DNA from: Octopus vulgaris
Taxonomy: Eukaryota
Direction of reading: 5' to 3'
Assembly (NCBI GenBank): GCA_951406725.2
Contig: OX597817.1
Coordinates: 87,936,001 to 88,060,000 of the forward strand
DNA: 124,000 nucleotides
The position numbers and the translations under genes are program-made. Below, in pieces: positions 92,010-105,790 of this stretch (position 1 is its first letter; every line of letters starts with the position of its first letter). Under the pieces are notes generated by a model, which saw nothing but the letters and a program-made list of their open reading frames with translations, made no database searches and was not told the origin of the DNA.

Positions 92010-95000
92010 GTTTAACGTCCGCTTTCCGCGCTAGCACGGGTTGGACGGTTCGACCGGGTCTGGGAAGCCAAGGGCCGCTCCAGGCTCCAGTCTGAATCTG
92101 GCAGAGTTTCTACGGCTGGATGCCCTTCCTAACGCCAACCACTCCGTGAGTGGATTGGGTGCTTTTTACGTGCCACCTGCACAGGGGCCGGAGGGTCCGG
92201 CATCGTCACGATCGGTTCGAGCATTTTAACGTGTCAGCGGCACGGGGGCAACGAGGTCCGGGGTACTTTGGGGATCGGGGTACTTTGGGGATCCAGGGTA
92301 CTTTGGGGATCCGGGGTACTTAGAATGGGTAGGGGGTATGTGGAATTGCTGCAGAAAGCAGCCCGGGTCTTTGTAGTCACAGCATATCTCCAGAGATCTC
92401 GGTCCTTCGCCATTGCCTCAGTGAGGCCCAATGCTCTGAGGTCATGCTTGACCACCTCATCCCATGTCTTCCTGGGTCTACCTCTCCCCCTGATACCTTC
92501 AACTGTTTGGGAGTGGCACTTCTTCACACATCTCTCTTCATCCATCCGCAGCACATGACCATACCATCACAAGCGTCGCTCTTGCACACCACATCTGATG
92601 CTTCTTATATCCAGTATTTCTCTCAGGATACTTACACTCTGTTTTGCGTGCACACTGACACTACACATCCAGCGGATCATGCTAGCTTCATTTCTTTCAA
92701 GTCTACGCATGTCTTCTGCAGTCACAGCCCATGTTTCATTACCGTGAAGCATGGCAGTTCGCACACATGCATCATACAATCTATCTTTTGCTCTGAGGGA
92801 GAGACCTTTTGTTGCCAGTAGGGGTAGGAGCTTTCTGAACTTTGCCCAGGCTATTCGTATTCTAGTGGTGATACTCTCTGTGCATCCACCTCCGCTACTA
92901 ACTTGGTCTCCCAGGTAGCGGAAACTATCAACTACTTCTAGTTTCTCTCCCTGGAGTGTGATGGAATCTGTTTTCTGAGTGTCTGTTGTGTCTATTGTCC
93001 CTGTGCATCTGCCGCACATGAAAGCTATCTTATCTGTTAATTTCCCTTTAATGTTGCTGCACCTCTTATGTGTCCATAACTTACATTGGGTGCATCTTAT
93101 GGAGTTTCTACCTGTACCTTTCCTACAGGTTGAGCAGGGCCACCTACCCGAGGGGATGTGTGCTGAGTACCTCTTGCTGCTTACTAATACTTTGGTCTTT
93201 GCTACATTTATTCTAAGGCCCTTTGATTCCAACCCTTGCTTCCACACCCGAAATTTCTCTTCTAGTTCCGGTAGTGATTCTGCTATGAGAGCTAGGTCAT
93301 CAGCATAGAGGAGCTCCCAGGGGCATCCCGTTTTGAATTCCTCTGTTATTGCCTGAAGGACTATGATGAATAAAAGGGGACTGAGGGCTGAGCCCTGGTG
93401 CACACCTACTTCTACCCGGAATTCTTTACTATATTCGTTGCCAATCCTAACCTTGCTGACAGCCTCTCTGTATAGAGCCTGTACAGCCCTTATTAGCCAT
93501 TCTTCAATCTCCAGTTTCCGCATCGACCACCAGATAAGGGAACGGGGAACCCTGTCAAAGGCTTTCTCCAAGTCTACAAAAGCTATGTAGAGGGGTTTAT
93601 CTTTAGCTAGGTACTTCTCCTGCAGTTGTCGGACCAGGAATATAGCATCAGTGGTGCTTCTACCTGGTACAAAACCGAACTGCATTTCATCTAAACAAAT
93701 TCTCTCCCTAATGAGATGGGTTATGACCTTCTCTGAGACCTTCATCACCTGGTCCAACAGTTTGATACCTCTGTAGTTATTTCTATCTAGAGCATCACCC
93801 TTACCCTTGTAGCAGTTGACTATGGTGCTGCTGCACCAGTCATTGGGTATGACTCCATTGTGAACTACCTGGTTTACAATGCGGATGACTATGGCATAGC
93901 CCACATAGCCAGCTGTTTTAAGCATCTCAGCAGTGATTCCTGATAGGCCAGGGGCTTTGCCTGGTTTCATATCCTTAATTGCCTTATCTACAAGGGAGCT
94001 GTCTATTCGGGTAGCTGGTCCCTCTACTGGGTCAACATTTGGCAGGCTCTCCTCCTCCCATTCATTCTCCTCATTCAGCAGTCTTTCATAATGGCTTCTC
94101 CAAGCCTCTTTCTTTTCACTAGTAGTAAAAGCAAGTGCCCCATCATCCATGCGGACACATTTCTCTCCTATAACATCGCTATTTTCTCTGACACACTGTC
94201 TGGCAATCCGAAATACTTCAGCTCTTTGATCCTCGCGACGCTGGACATTGGCAAACTTCTTCTTTTCTGCTACATCTTTGGCAATGTATACCTGCCGCCC
94301 AGCCTCCCTTTTGGCTATCTGGTACAGTTCCCTGCTGCCCCCATCCTTCCAGGCTTTCCAGGCCCGTCTCTTTTCACAGATGGCTTTATCTACTGCACTA
94401 TTCCACCACCACGTAATTCTAGGTCTGGAAGGGACTTTGCACCATCCACAGACTTGGTCTGTGGCACTCAACAAGCTGTCCCGTAGGAATTCCCAGCTAC
94501 CTTCTATGTCTGACGTCTGAAGCTCCTCCTCCCTCTCATCAAATTTCTTGATGAGTATGTCCCTAAATTTCTGACCATGCGAAGGGTTCTTTAGCCTCCA
94601 AATCCTTCTTTTCTGGATTGGTTTGTTTCTTGGAGTCCTTCTGGCCTCAAGCTTAAAGTCACTGATGATTAGTCTATGCTGAGGGATACATTCTTCACCC
94701 GGGAGGGTCTTTGTATTCAAGAGCAACCCTGCATCCCGTTGTCTGGTGAGGATGAAGTCTATTTGGCTAGCGGAGTCTCCTGACTGATAAGTTATAAGGT
94801 GGCAGACTGGCTTCTTGAAGTTAGTGTTGCAGATTGAAAGGTTACATGCATCACAGAATTCCAGCAGTCTAGTTCCCTCATCATTTCTGGTGCCAATACC
94901 ATAGCCACCATGTACCCCAGTGAAGATACCCGATTCCCGCCCAACATGCCCATTAAAATCTCCACCTACAAAGATGAGGTCCTTGTTACTAGTCTTTGAA

Positions 95001-98000
95001 GTAGCCTGCAGAAGGGTATCATAAAAGTTGTCCTTCTGATCATTTGGTAGTCCCGCTTGTGGGGCATAGGCTGAGATAATCATAGCTGTGCCACTCTGTA
95101 GGACCAACCTGAGCTTAAGCACTCTATCACAAACCCTGACAACCTCTATGACCTTATCCACCCATTCCTCCGCAAGGAGAATGCCTACACCCCCTACACC
95201 TTCCGCGTTACCTTGCCAGTAGAGTTTGTACCTAAGTGCCTTGCCCGTGAGGACCCTAGCCGAAGCATCTCTCCATCTTACCTCTTGTATGCAGCATACA
95301 TCAACCTGTCTTCTCTCTAGCATCTCTACAATCTCACTAGACTTGCCTGTCAATGTACCAACATTGATAGTGCCAACTCTGAAAACTGGGAAGGAGATGT
95401 GGGGGGGACGGGGGGATTCAGCGCCTGAGAAGAGGAGGGTTGTTGTGGTGGTGATAGTTTTCGTGGTATTTTTCTTTTGATCTCTCTTCCAACCTGACCA
95501 CGCCGTGGGCAGGAGCTGGTGTTAGCAGTGGACATTCGTTATCGTCACTGAGTAACATAATTAGGTAGAGGAAAGAAATACAGATATTCTAGAGTTGAGT
95601 TGGGAGGGGGGGTCCAGTTGAGGCGGGTAATATAGGGGAGCAACCAGTGGGGAAGGTTGGGGTAAGGAGGAACGATGGCAGGAAGGGTTGGTGTAGGTTC
95701 GTAAGAAATAAAAACGTAGGATATTACGAGGCGGGAGGGTACTAAAAGGGGATGGTCGGATTGAGGCAGTGTCAGGAGGAAGCGTAAGATCGGTGGGCAG
95801 TTGATGAGCTATGGCGCTAGCAGCTTGTCTTTTCACAGTGAAAGCATATGAGGAGAAGGGGTAGTGGGGGGAGGAGGAGGGAGTAGGGCGTATCCGGTGT
95901 AGATGAGTAGGGCGTATCCGGTGTAGATGGTGAGAACAGGGTATACTGGTATTGGTGGTGGGGGTGAGAACAGTGTTCACCGGTATTGGTGGTGGCGGTG
96001 AGAACAGTGTTCACCGGTATTGGTGGTGGGGGTGAGAACAGTGTTCACCGGTATTGGTGGTGGGGGTGAGAACAGTGTTCACCGGTATTGGTGGTGGGGG
96101 TGAGAACAGTGTTCATCGGTATAATGGGGGGGGGCGGGCGCACCGCCAATGGCGGAAAGATGGGAAAAGATGGGATTACGGCTTGAGGTAGCCTAAGGTT
96201 AAATTTCGTAGAGAGAGAGATAGGAAAGATAAATCAAGTTATGGCGAAGGCTTGAAAGTAGCCTAAAAGGTTAAATTTTCGTAGTGAGTGAGATGGGTAA
96301 GACGAATCAAGTTATCAATGTATGAATAAACGTAGTAACAACGAATAAAAATAGTAAGATAAATTTTTAAGAACTTGCTGCGGGCATCGACCGGGAGTTG
96401 AAATTGAAGAAGAAGAAAGTAAGTTGAATTGGGAATTTAAATTGCAGAATCGTAATGGTAATGGCGATTTTCAAGTTTTAGCATAAGAAGAAGAAGAGGA
96501 GGAAAGACCGCCAATGGCGGAAAGATGGGAAAAGATGGGATTACGGCTTGAGGTAGCCTAAGGTTAAATTTCGTAGAGAGAGAGATAGGAAAGATAAATC
96601 AAGTTATGGCGAAGGCTTGAAAGTAGCCTATTTATATATATTATTATCTTCTGCAATACAAGGCAAACTTATGAAATTCAAGGCAAACCGAATACAGAAA
96701 GCATCATTAATACTTCAGTATTGCATTTCATCTAAAATATATATGCTCAGATATTAAACAAATCTTGCTCCAATCATTAAAAGATTTGAAGAGGAAATGA
96801 TTTCTGAACCCAAGCAATGTTAGGGAGGGTTAAGGGGCAGACACTTACACCTTGTTACTAATAAAATCAATTCAAATTGGAATTTAGAAGTTCTCTTCAA
96901 AGTGACTGACACACTGAAGAGTGTCTTTAATGATGAAATGCCATTATTTTATGGTATTGCTTAAATCAGACAAAAAGTGATCAATATTTTATTTATTCCA
97001 CCAATTATTATTTGTAAATATGAAAAACGAAAATTAACAAACCAAAGTTTGATAGTTCTGCAAATAAATTCATACAAGATTTACCTTAAATTTTACAGTT
97101 AAGAATATATAAAGTTTTTTAAAAAATATCAAAATGTTTATCATATGTAATACTAATGACAACTTTAATTAGAATAATCTTAAAAGTATAGAGTAAATAA
97201 CAGAACTCCCAGCATCTTTCACCCTTTACCTTGATCACTTTCTCCCCTGCATTTTCAATGTTTCTTCTTCACATATAACTCACTGCATTTCTTTATCCAG
97301 CACTCATTGTCCATTTATTTACTTCATATTATATAATTACATTACAAGCAATCTCAATAAGAAACTGACAATTATATTCAATCCACATGAATGAAAGAGG
97401 AAAAAAAGATTTCCTATATGAATTCCCACTGAATATGAAGAACCACAGTAGTCTAAGCCAAAATAAAGGCAACCAGAGAGAAATATTTTGTCACTCATCA
97501 ATGCATTTATTTTTACCTTAAAAGAAGCATTGTTACTTACCAATTCAGGGCACTGGCAGACAAAAGCAGAAAAATTACATAATTTTTTATGTACTGAGAT
97601 CTTGAAAACATTATGAAAAAATTCACACCAAAGACCAGTATCTAAATATTTATGACTCCTACAGTAAGAGCTTCTTAGTATTCAAATTAGTCTGTAAATG
97701 CTTATTTATTCACATTGTTTTTAACTGATTGTGCATTATCTCATATCTACGAGAATTTGATGATGTAATTGTCTATTTTAAAATAACTCTGTAGGGTAGA
97801 CGTGAGAAACCAGATCTGGCCAGTTTGAACATAGAATATGTAGAATATTTTGGGGTGGATATGGCCAGTTTAAATACTGAAGGGTTAAAGATGCTATTAA
97901 TAGGAAAATTGTCTCCTTAAGATAACTATGGAAGTAAATAAAAGTGATTTTTGGATAGATGGAAGCAGAAATTTGAGAATTTTCAATCCACAGAAATTTT

Positions 98001-101000
98001 GGAATTTTTTAAAGAATGCTATCAATATTGAGAGGCACAGGAGTGGCTGTGAGTTAAGTGGCTTGCTTACCAACCACATGGTTCCGGGTTCAGTCCCACT
98101 GCGTGGCACCTTGGGCGAGTGCCTTCTACTATAGCCTTGGGCCGACCAAAGCCTTGTGAGTGAATTTGGTAGACGGAAACTGAAAGAAGCCCGTCGTATA
98201 TATGTATATATATGTATGTGTGTGCGTATATGTTTCTGTGTCTATGTTTGTCCCCCCAACATTGCTTGACAACCGATGCTGGTGTGTTTATGTCCCTGTA
98301 ACTTAGTGGTTCGGCAAAAGAGACCGATAGAATAAGTACTAGTCTTATGAAGAATAAGCCCTGGAGTTGATTTGCTCGACTAAAGGCGGTGCTCCAGCAT
98401 GGCCACAGTCAAATGATTAAAACACATAAAAGGATAAAAGAGCAATATAACTCAGTCCTCTTCAGCACTACACAGCAGGTTTGGTTTGGTTTGGTTTGGT
98501 TTGGTGTGGTGTGGTGTGGTTTGGTTTGGTTTGGTCTGGTTTAGTTGGTAGCACTTTTGAGGAAAACAGTTGAAACTGTTGTTGTTTAACCACAGATCAG
98601 TAAACTATGATCAAAAGCTTTCTAACCATGACAGTGCAGACTTTACATACATCTAGGACTACATTATAGTATTCAATGTGTTTATTGTTATAACACAGTT
98701 GTGGTATGATTTGAGAGAGAGAGTTAACTCTCTCAGTGTAGTAAATATGTAAAAACAAATGAAGTACAATGAACTCACTCTTGATTTTCTATCAAATATT
98801 GTCCCTGATTATAAAACATGGGCACGCAATGTCCAATGATATGTATAACAGCTTTGGTATAGTATAAGCTGTTCAGTTTGGAGAGTAAGGGGATTCCATG
98901 AGTAATGAACTCAGCAACACTGAAATCAAGAAAAGAAAATGATTTAACAATAAAAATATTTTTCATAAACAACAATATACATAAAAAAATAATTTCTAAT
99001 GGGTATTTCAGATTTAGTTTGTAAAATACTATTTTTCAATAAGAACGTAGAAAAAGAATCTTTCCAATGATGAATGATTCATCATCATCATCATCATCAT
99101 TATCATTTAACATCTGTTTTCCATGCTAGCATGGGTTGGATGGTTTGACTGAGGTCTGGAGAGCCAGTGGCTGCACCAGGCTCCAATCTGATCTGGCGAT
99201 GTTTCTACAGCTGGATGCCCTTCCTAACGCCAACCACTCCTAGAGTGTAATGGATGCTTTCTACCTGCCACCGGCACAGGAGCCAGTCGGGCAGACCTGG
99301 CATCAATCACGTTCAGATAGTGCTTTTTACGTGCCACCAGCATGGGAGGCGGGGGCTACAACAGAATATCACAAAAGTGATCCTTCTGTTCATTTTGTAG
99401 GCCCGCTTGTGGGGTGTAGGCAGAGATAATTGTAGCTATACAATTCTGCAAGACTAGCCTGAGTTTAAGTACTCTATCATACAACCTCACTACCTCTATG
99501 ACCTTATCCACCCATTTCTCTGCAAGAAGTATGCCCACACCAACTATTCCATCACTATTACCTTCCCAGAAGAGTTTATACCTATATGCTTTCTAATAAA
99601 TAAATTAATGATTTGAAAAGAAATAAGATTTGTAAAATGAGTCCTAATTACAACCCAAAATTCATTTCTTCATCAACTTCCACTTTTTGACCCAAATATG
99701 TTAGCTTTTTATCAGATAGTTCCTTCTTATGAACCTCTATTTCACCAGCATCATTTAATCTCTGATGATCATGATCAACATCATTGAATAATACCCATTT
99801 TTCCTTGCTTGCATGGGTCAGAGAGAACTTATTGAGACAGATTTTCTACAGCTTTTCCTCTCACCAACCCTCACCTGTTTTCAAGTAAGGTAATATTTCT
99901 CCAGGGCCACATGTTTATCACAGAAGACTGGAAACGAACAACATTTCTTGTATGACAGAAGGGAGAAGAGTTCAAACTACCAACACACTTTAACCAGTTC
100001 TTATAACTTCAAATTCAGGTTCGATAATATCAAATACATGTCAAGTTGCTTCTAAATATATAAGAAACTTATAAAGCCAATACTTACTCGTGTCCATATT
100101 TTGTCATGGTCATGGCAACGTACATTGCAATTGGGTTATCAACTTTTAATCCTTGTTGGACAGAAGCTAAAAATGTATCTTTTCTCAGTTCTGGAATATT
100201 ATCCATGTCCACTAAATTAGTGGAAGGCTCAAATGATGAAGGGCGTGGCAAGGTATCATTGTGGAGATGAAGCTTAAACACAAGTTCCCAAGCCCAGCTG
100301 CTGAACTGTTGTTCATTGGTTTGCTGCTGACGCACTACTAACGCCACCTGTGGTACACATGATAAAATTATGGTAATTATTTCAAATAAGTAGTTGCTAT
100401 ACATTATAACTATATTATTTTGAAAGAAATATTTATGATATTTTTTTACAAAGCAAAAAAACCTGCTTTCATGAAAAATTGAGGAGACTTTCAAAGAACC
100501 AATATAGGGAACCCTACCTGCTTAACACCTTCCATAAAGACTGAACCTAAGTGTTTGGATGTTATATAATTGTGATAAGCTTCAACTAATACACAAGCCA
100601 CATATTGATGGATCCAGAGAGGAAGAGCAAGATCTGTGTTCTGAAAAGAAAGCATATGAATAATTAATAGATATTGTTGAAAATAAAAAGCAGCTGATAA
100701 CAGTTTTAATTTTTCTCTGGTGGAGAAAAGGGAGAATTGGTTTGAATACCATAAATCCTCGAGTATAGTCCGCCCTTGAGTATAATACGCAGGGGATTTT
100801 TAGGCGGCTGTACCTCTGAAAAACCTAAACCTTGTGTATAATATGCACCACTTCTCTAACTTGAGTTGTGCGTAATTAAGCCAGCAGCACCTAGTCGAAC
100901 AAACACTTCCCCGCATGCATATTACAATAATGGGAATGTAAATATGTTTGCAAATTGTTTTTGTTACATGTTATTCTGTGTTCTGAATACTTTTATTTTA

Positions 101001-104000
101001 ATAAATGTTGCTTACTGCAAGTTATGGATGATTCTTTTATGATTTCATTGCTTTCAGGCTTAGCTTAAGGTATTTTTGTGCCCGACATCACAAAATGCGT
101101 CTGAATAAACATTGCCGAACAGCAAATAGAGACTCGAATATTGCTTAGAAAATATTTCTCATTTTTAACCTCGTATATAGTAAGCAATAGGGATTTTGAC
101201 CTTTAAATTTTGGGGAAAAAAGTGTGGATTATACTCGAGGATTTACGGTACTTGCATCAAATGAACAATTCTAAAGGTACAGAAAGCTCAGATGGTGGTG
101301 TTAAACTGGGCCCTAGATACCACATACTCAATTTCACTCATTAGGTTTGGACGAGCCAAAACTATGGTGGAAGTAACCTGCACGAAGTGCATGCAATGGT
101401 ACTGACCTACAAGCATGTGACTGTGTATCAAGCTAAATAACTACTCAGTCATGCATGTGGCCAAAATACATCAGTTTCTATTTTCTTTCTATTCACAAAT
101501 ATTTTTATATTGGTTTCAAACATTTGCACAAGGCCAGCAAGTTCAGCAAGAGAAGGTAAGTCAATTACATTGACCCCAGTGCTTAACTGGTACTTATTTT
101601 ATCGACCTTGAACGAATGAAAGACAAAACTGGCCCCGACACATTTGAGCACAAAGCATAAAAACAGACAAAATACTACTAAGCATTTTTGTCCAGGGCAA
101701 TAACAATTGTGCCAGCTCACTGCCTTCATAAATATTTTTATATTATCATTGTTGTTAAGGTGGCATGCTGGACAAAAGCTTAGCAGCATTTCTTCTGTGT
101801 TCAAATGCCACAGAGGTCAACTTCTCTCTCCCTTCAAATGTGCTGGCTTTGCACCAAAAGTTAGAAAGAATTATTATTATAATTGTTGCAAGATATTAAA
101901 GGAAATCCTACAGGATTGTCCAACAGCTCAATTTAACTTTTAAATCACCACTAAATACTTCCCTAGTCTCCAAAATAAGAACAACTTTCTCAATGATTTA
102001 ATATTCAGATGATCTTGTACACATTAGAGAAGAAGTGGACACATAGGTAGAATATCAATCAAATATTTCATATATTCTTAAAGTGAGTAGGTTTGTTTGC
102101 TTTTTTTTTAGTTTTTTTTTTTAGAGGGTATTAAAGGTTGATGCGTCTCATGTAACTAATTGGATTTTTTAAAAATTAAATTCATTTCAATCTAGATTGT
102201 TCAATAAAATATTTGAGAATAAAACAAAACAATAATTTTAAAATAAAATAAAAACAACAAAAATAATAATGCAAATTTTAGGAGAAAAATCGAATCAAAA
102301 ATATTTCATACCTCTTTATTAAGTCCCCAGTTCAGATTGGAAAGAATTGTTCGTCCCAGAAGGTGTTCTGTTGAACTAAGATCTGTACTCACTAACCAGG
102401 AGCGAAGAATAGCCAAATCTGCATTCTCCAACTGCCAGTCATACATGGGTAATTCTTTAAAAAGATATAGCGCCATCTGTCAAAAATAAAGAAAGAACTA
102501 TGTTTATGAATTACACACATAAGATTAGCACCTTTATTTTCCCTCCCTCCTTTCAATTCAGTCCAGTTTCTTAAAAACAATAAACAGTGACGATGATGTA
102601 TATATTCATTCTTAATACATTCTGATAGATTTAAACATGAATATGTTAATCACACCTACTCTTTTCAGATAATGTATGTTCAAGACAAGTCATTGAGGTA
102701 AGGGGACTTTGAGACACCGGAGGCTCTTGTTCATAGAATTCAGTAAAACAATTACCTGCTGATGCATTATCACTGAGCTGTTGAATCACCACTGCAATGT
102801 ACTAGGACAAACCAAGTTGATGAACACATCTTTCAGCACACTATGCTTATACAAGAGTACACAGTACTGCAAATTAAGACACTTGACAATTTTGCCTTAC
102901 TTCCTCTATTTAAAGCAGCTGATTCCCAACTCACAGTAACTATGGGCATATGAAAACTGTCTTGACATTGAATACACTGCTTCGCTGTAGACAAGACACG
103001 AACCACTGATCCTTTGGTTAGCAGTGCAGAACCCAATAAACTTAATTAACCAAAGCTCTCTCTAATCAGTAAAATGCACTGCCCTCTTACTATTCAGTCC
103101 TCCAGTGCAACATTTTGACCTGCTACAAAACAAATGCAATAAAAAGTATTGGTTCATCCCATAAATAATGCAGTTTTTTTTACACTTTTATTTTTCGAAA
103201 TTAAGATAAACTAAGTTCTTTTTTAATCTAAAATATACTCTTCTTCATTTTCTACCATGCTCTTCCATCTGTCCTCCAGTACTGTTCTGACCTCATCTAC
103301 AGAATTCATATTTTTTCCGTCCAAATGATTTTGAAGACTGCGGAATAAATGATAATCAGAAGGGGCAATGTCTGGCGAATATGGTGGGTGGGGCATCATT
103401 TCCCATTCAAACTGCTTCAGCCTTTGGAAAGTCATCCTCGCTGTATGTGACCAAGCATTATTCTAATGAAGGAACACCTTTCATCTTGAAACCAAAGATG
103501 TTCATTTATCTTCGAGTGCAGGTGTCGATAAATGGTTGAACAACCAAATCCAAGCTTCTCTGTTAGCTCTTCAGCAGTTACAATGGGAGTCTGTTCCACA
103601 GAGTTTACAGGACATCCTTGTCAAACTCTACAGATCTTCCAGGACAAAGCTTATCTTCTAGACTGTAGTTTCCAACTCTGAATTTCTGGAACCACAAATG
103701 ACACTGGCTCACACTTATTGTCTAATTCCCATATATTGCATTAATATTCCTTGCATTTTCTGTTCCATTGTTGCCATTATTGAACTCATAAAGCAAAATA
103801 TGCTGCATATGTTCCTTGTCACGTCCATTATAGCTTTGAAAAAAAAAACTGTTAAAATCAAACAGCAGTCTTCAAAATTGCACTAAGAATATGGAAAAGG
103901 TAAAATTACTACCTGCTTTTATAGTAAGTTGATGCAGGTAGTTTATCCCATCACCACCCAACTTTTAGCTCATGCAATTGAAAAAACCACATTATTTATG

Positions 104001-104752
104001 GAATGACCCAATACTAAGAGAAAATTTTTGATATATCAAAAGTTGGATAATGGTTTTTGTAAAGAATAACATGAATTTCAGTTGCTTCAAATTCTTTTGG
104101 AAAGGAAACCTTCACAAATGAAAACAGAGACATCAGGCTATTCTTTTATCTTTTATTTGTTTCATTCATTGGACTGCAGCCAAGCTGGGACACAACCTTG
104201 AAAGGTTTAGTTGCACAAATTGACTCCACTGTCTTATTGTTCTTAAGCTTGATACTTTTTTCTATTGGTAACTTTTGCCAAACTGCTAAGTTAGAGCAAT
104301 ATAAACAAACCAACACCAGTTGTTGAGTGTAGGTGGTGGACAAACAAAAATACACACACACATGTGGGGGAGAAGTGTTTTTGTGTGTGTGTGTAACAGA
104401 CGTCTTTTAGTTTCCATCTATCAAATCCACTCATGAGGCTTTGATCTGCCTAGGGCTGTAGTAGAAGACACTTGCCCAACATGGCATACAGTGGGACTGA
104501 ACCAAAGACCACATGGTAAGGAAACAAACTTCTTAACTACATAACCATGCCTGAAGCTTCTGTTAGAAAAATATATATAATCTAATCTTAGGCGCTGATG
104601 TGGTTGTGTAGTAAGAGACTTGCTTCACCACCACATTGCTCTTGGTTCAGTCCCACTGTGTGGAATCTTAGGCAAGTGTCTTCTACTATAGCCTCGGGAC
104701 AACCAAAGCCTTGTGAGTGGATTTGGTAGGCAAAAACTGAAAGAAGCCTGTC

Positions 104753-104796
<44 letters not shown>

Positions 104797-105759
104797 TTAT
104801 GTGTGTGAGTCATTATGTCTGTGTTTATCCCCACCACCACTTGACAACCATTGTTAGTGTTTCTATGTCCCCATAACTTAGTGGTTCAGCAAAAGTGACC
104901 GACAGAATAAGTATTTGGTTTAAAAAAAATAAGAACTGGGTCAATCCATTCAACTAAAAAATCTTCAAGGCAGTGCCCCAGTAAGGCCACAGTCTAATTA
105001 CTGAAACAAAAGATAAAAGATAAACAATGAGAGAAGTCACTACTTTTGCCTTTCTAGCAAAATTAATGTTTGGTAATGGATTAAACCAGTTGTCTTTTAA
105101 GGTTTTAGAGCACCAACAAAATTTCATGCAATGTTTTCTCAAGACATATAAAGAAAAATCTTCACATATTACATTTCATTATATCGTAGACATAGATCAA
105201 TGAAAGAGATCAGAAACGAACAGAAATGAATTCCATTCTCAATAAACTCACCCCTCCTATATTTCCTCGGACATCTCGTAGTTTATGAATCAAAAATGAA
105301 ATGGTGACTGGATGGACTTGGGCAATGGCAGACAACAGCTCACGGCCAACTTTAGAACAGAAATCTTTAGTATGATCATATAGGTACGCAATCTGAAAAG
105401 AGAGAATATTTCTTAATATTGCATGTGTGTGTGTGTGTATTTGTATGTATATAAGCATAAACATATATATGTCTATGTATATATATATGTATATATTTGT
105501 GTGTGTTTGTATATATGCATAAATGCTGAAAAGTTCCTAGCTTTAAGGGTATCATGAAAAGCATGGTTGAAGGCCCAACCTTTTGAGGGCTTAGAAAAAC
105601 TGCAGGAGGGCTGCAATAAATGTGTGAATCTGAGAAGGGAATTTGTTGAATAAAATCATAACTAACCAATCCTCCAGTATTTTCTTTTATCCAATGCCAG
105701 GAGCATTTCAGCACCCCCTTGTATATATATTTCCCAGTGTATTATATGCATACCTATGG

Positions 105760-105790
<31 letters not shown>

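Noticed and set aside
95561-96014. Pro/Thr-rich ORFs (139 and 65 aa; copies at 121950-122343)
   Set aside because: They read through the RTE 5' UTR minisatellites, start inside repeat units and have no recognisable domain.
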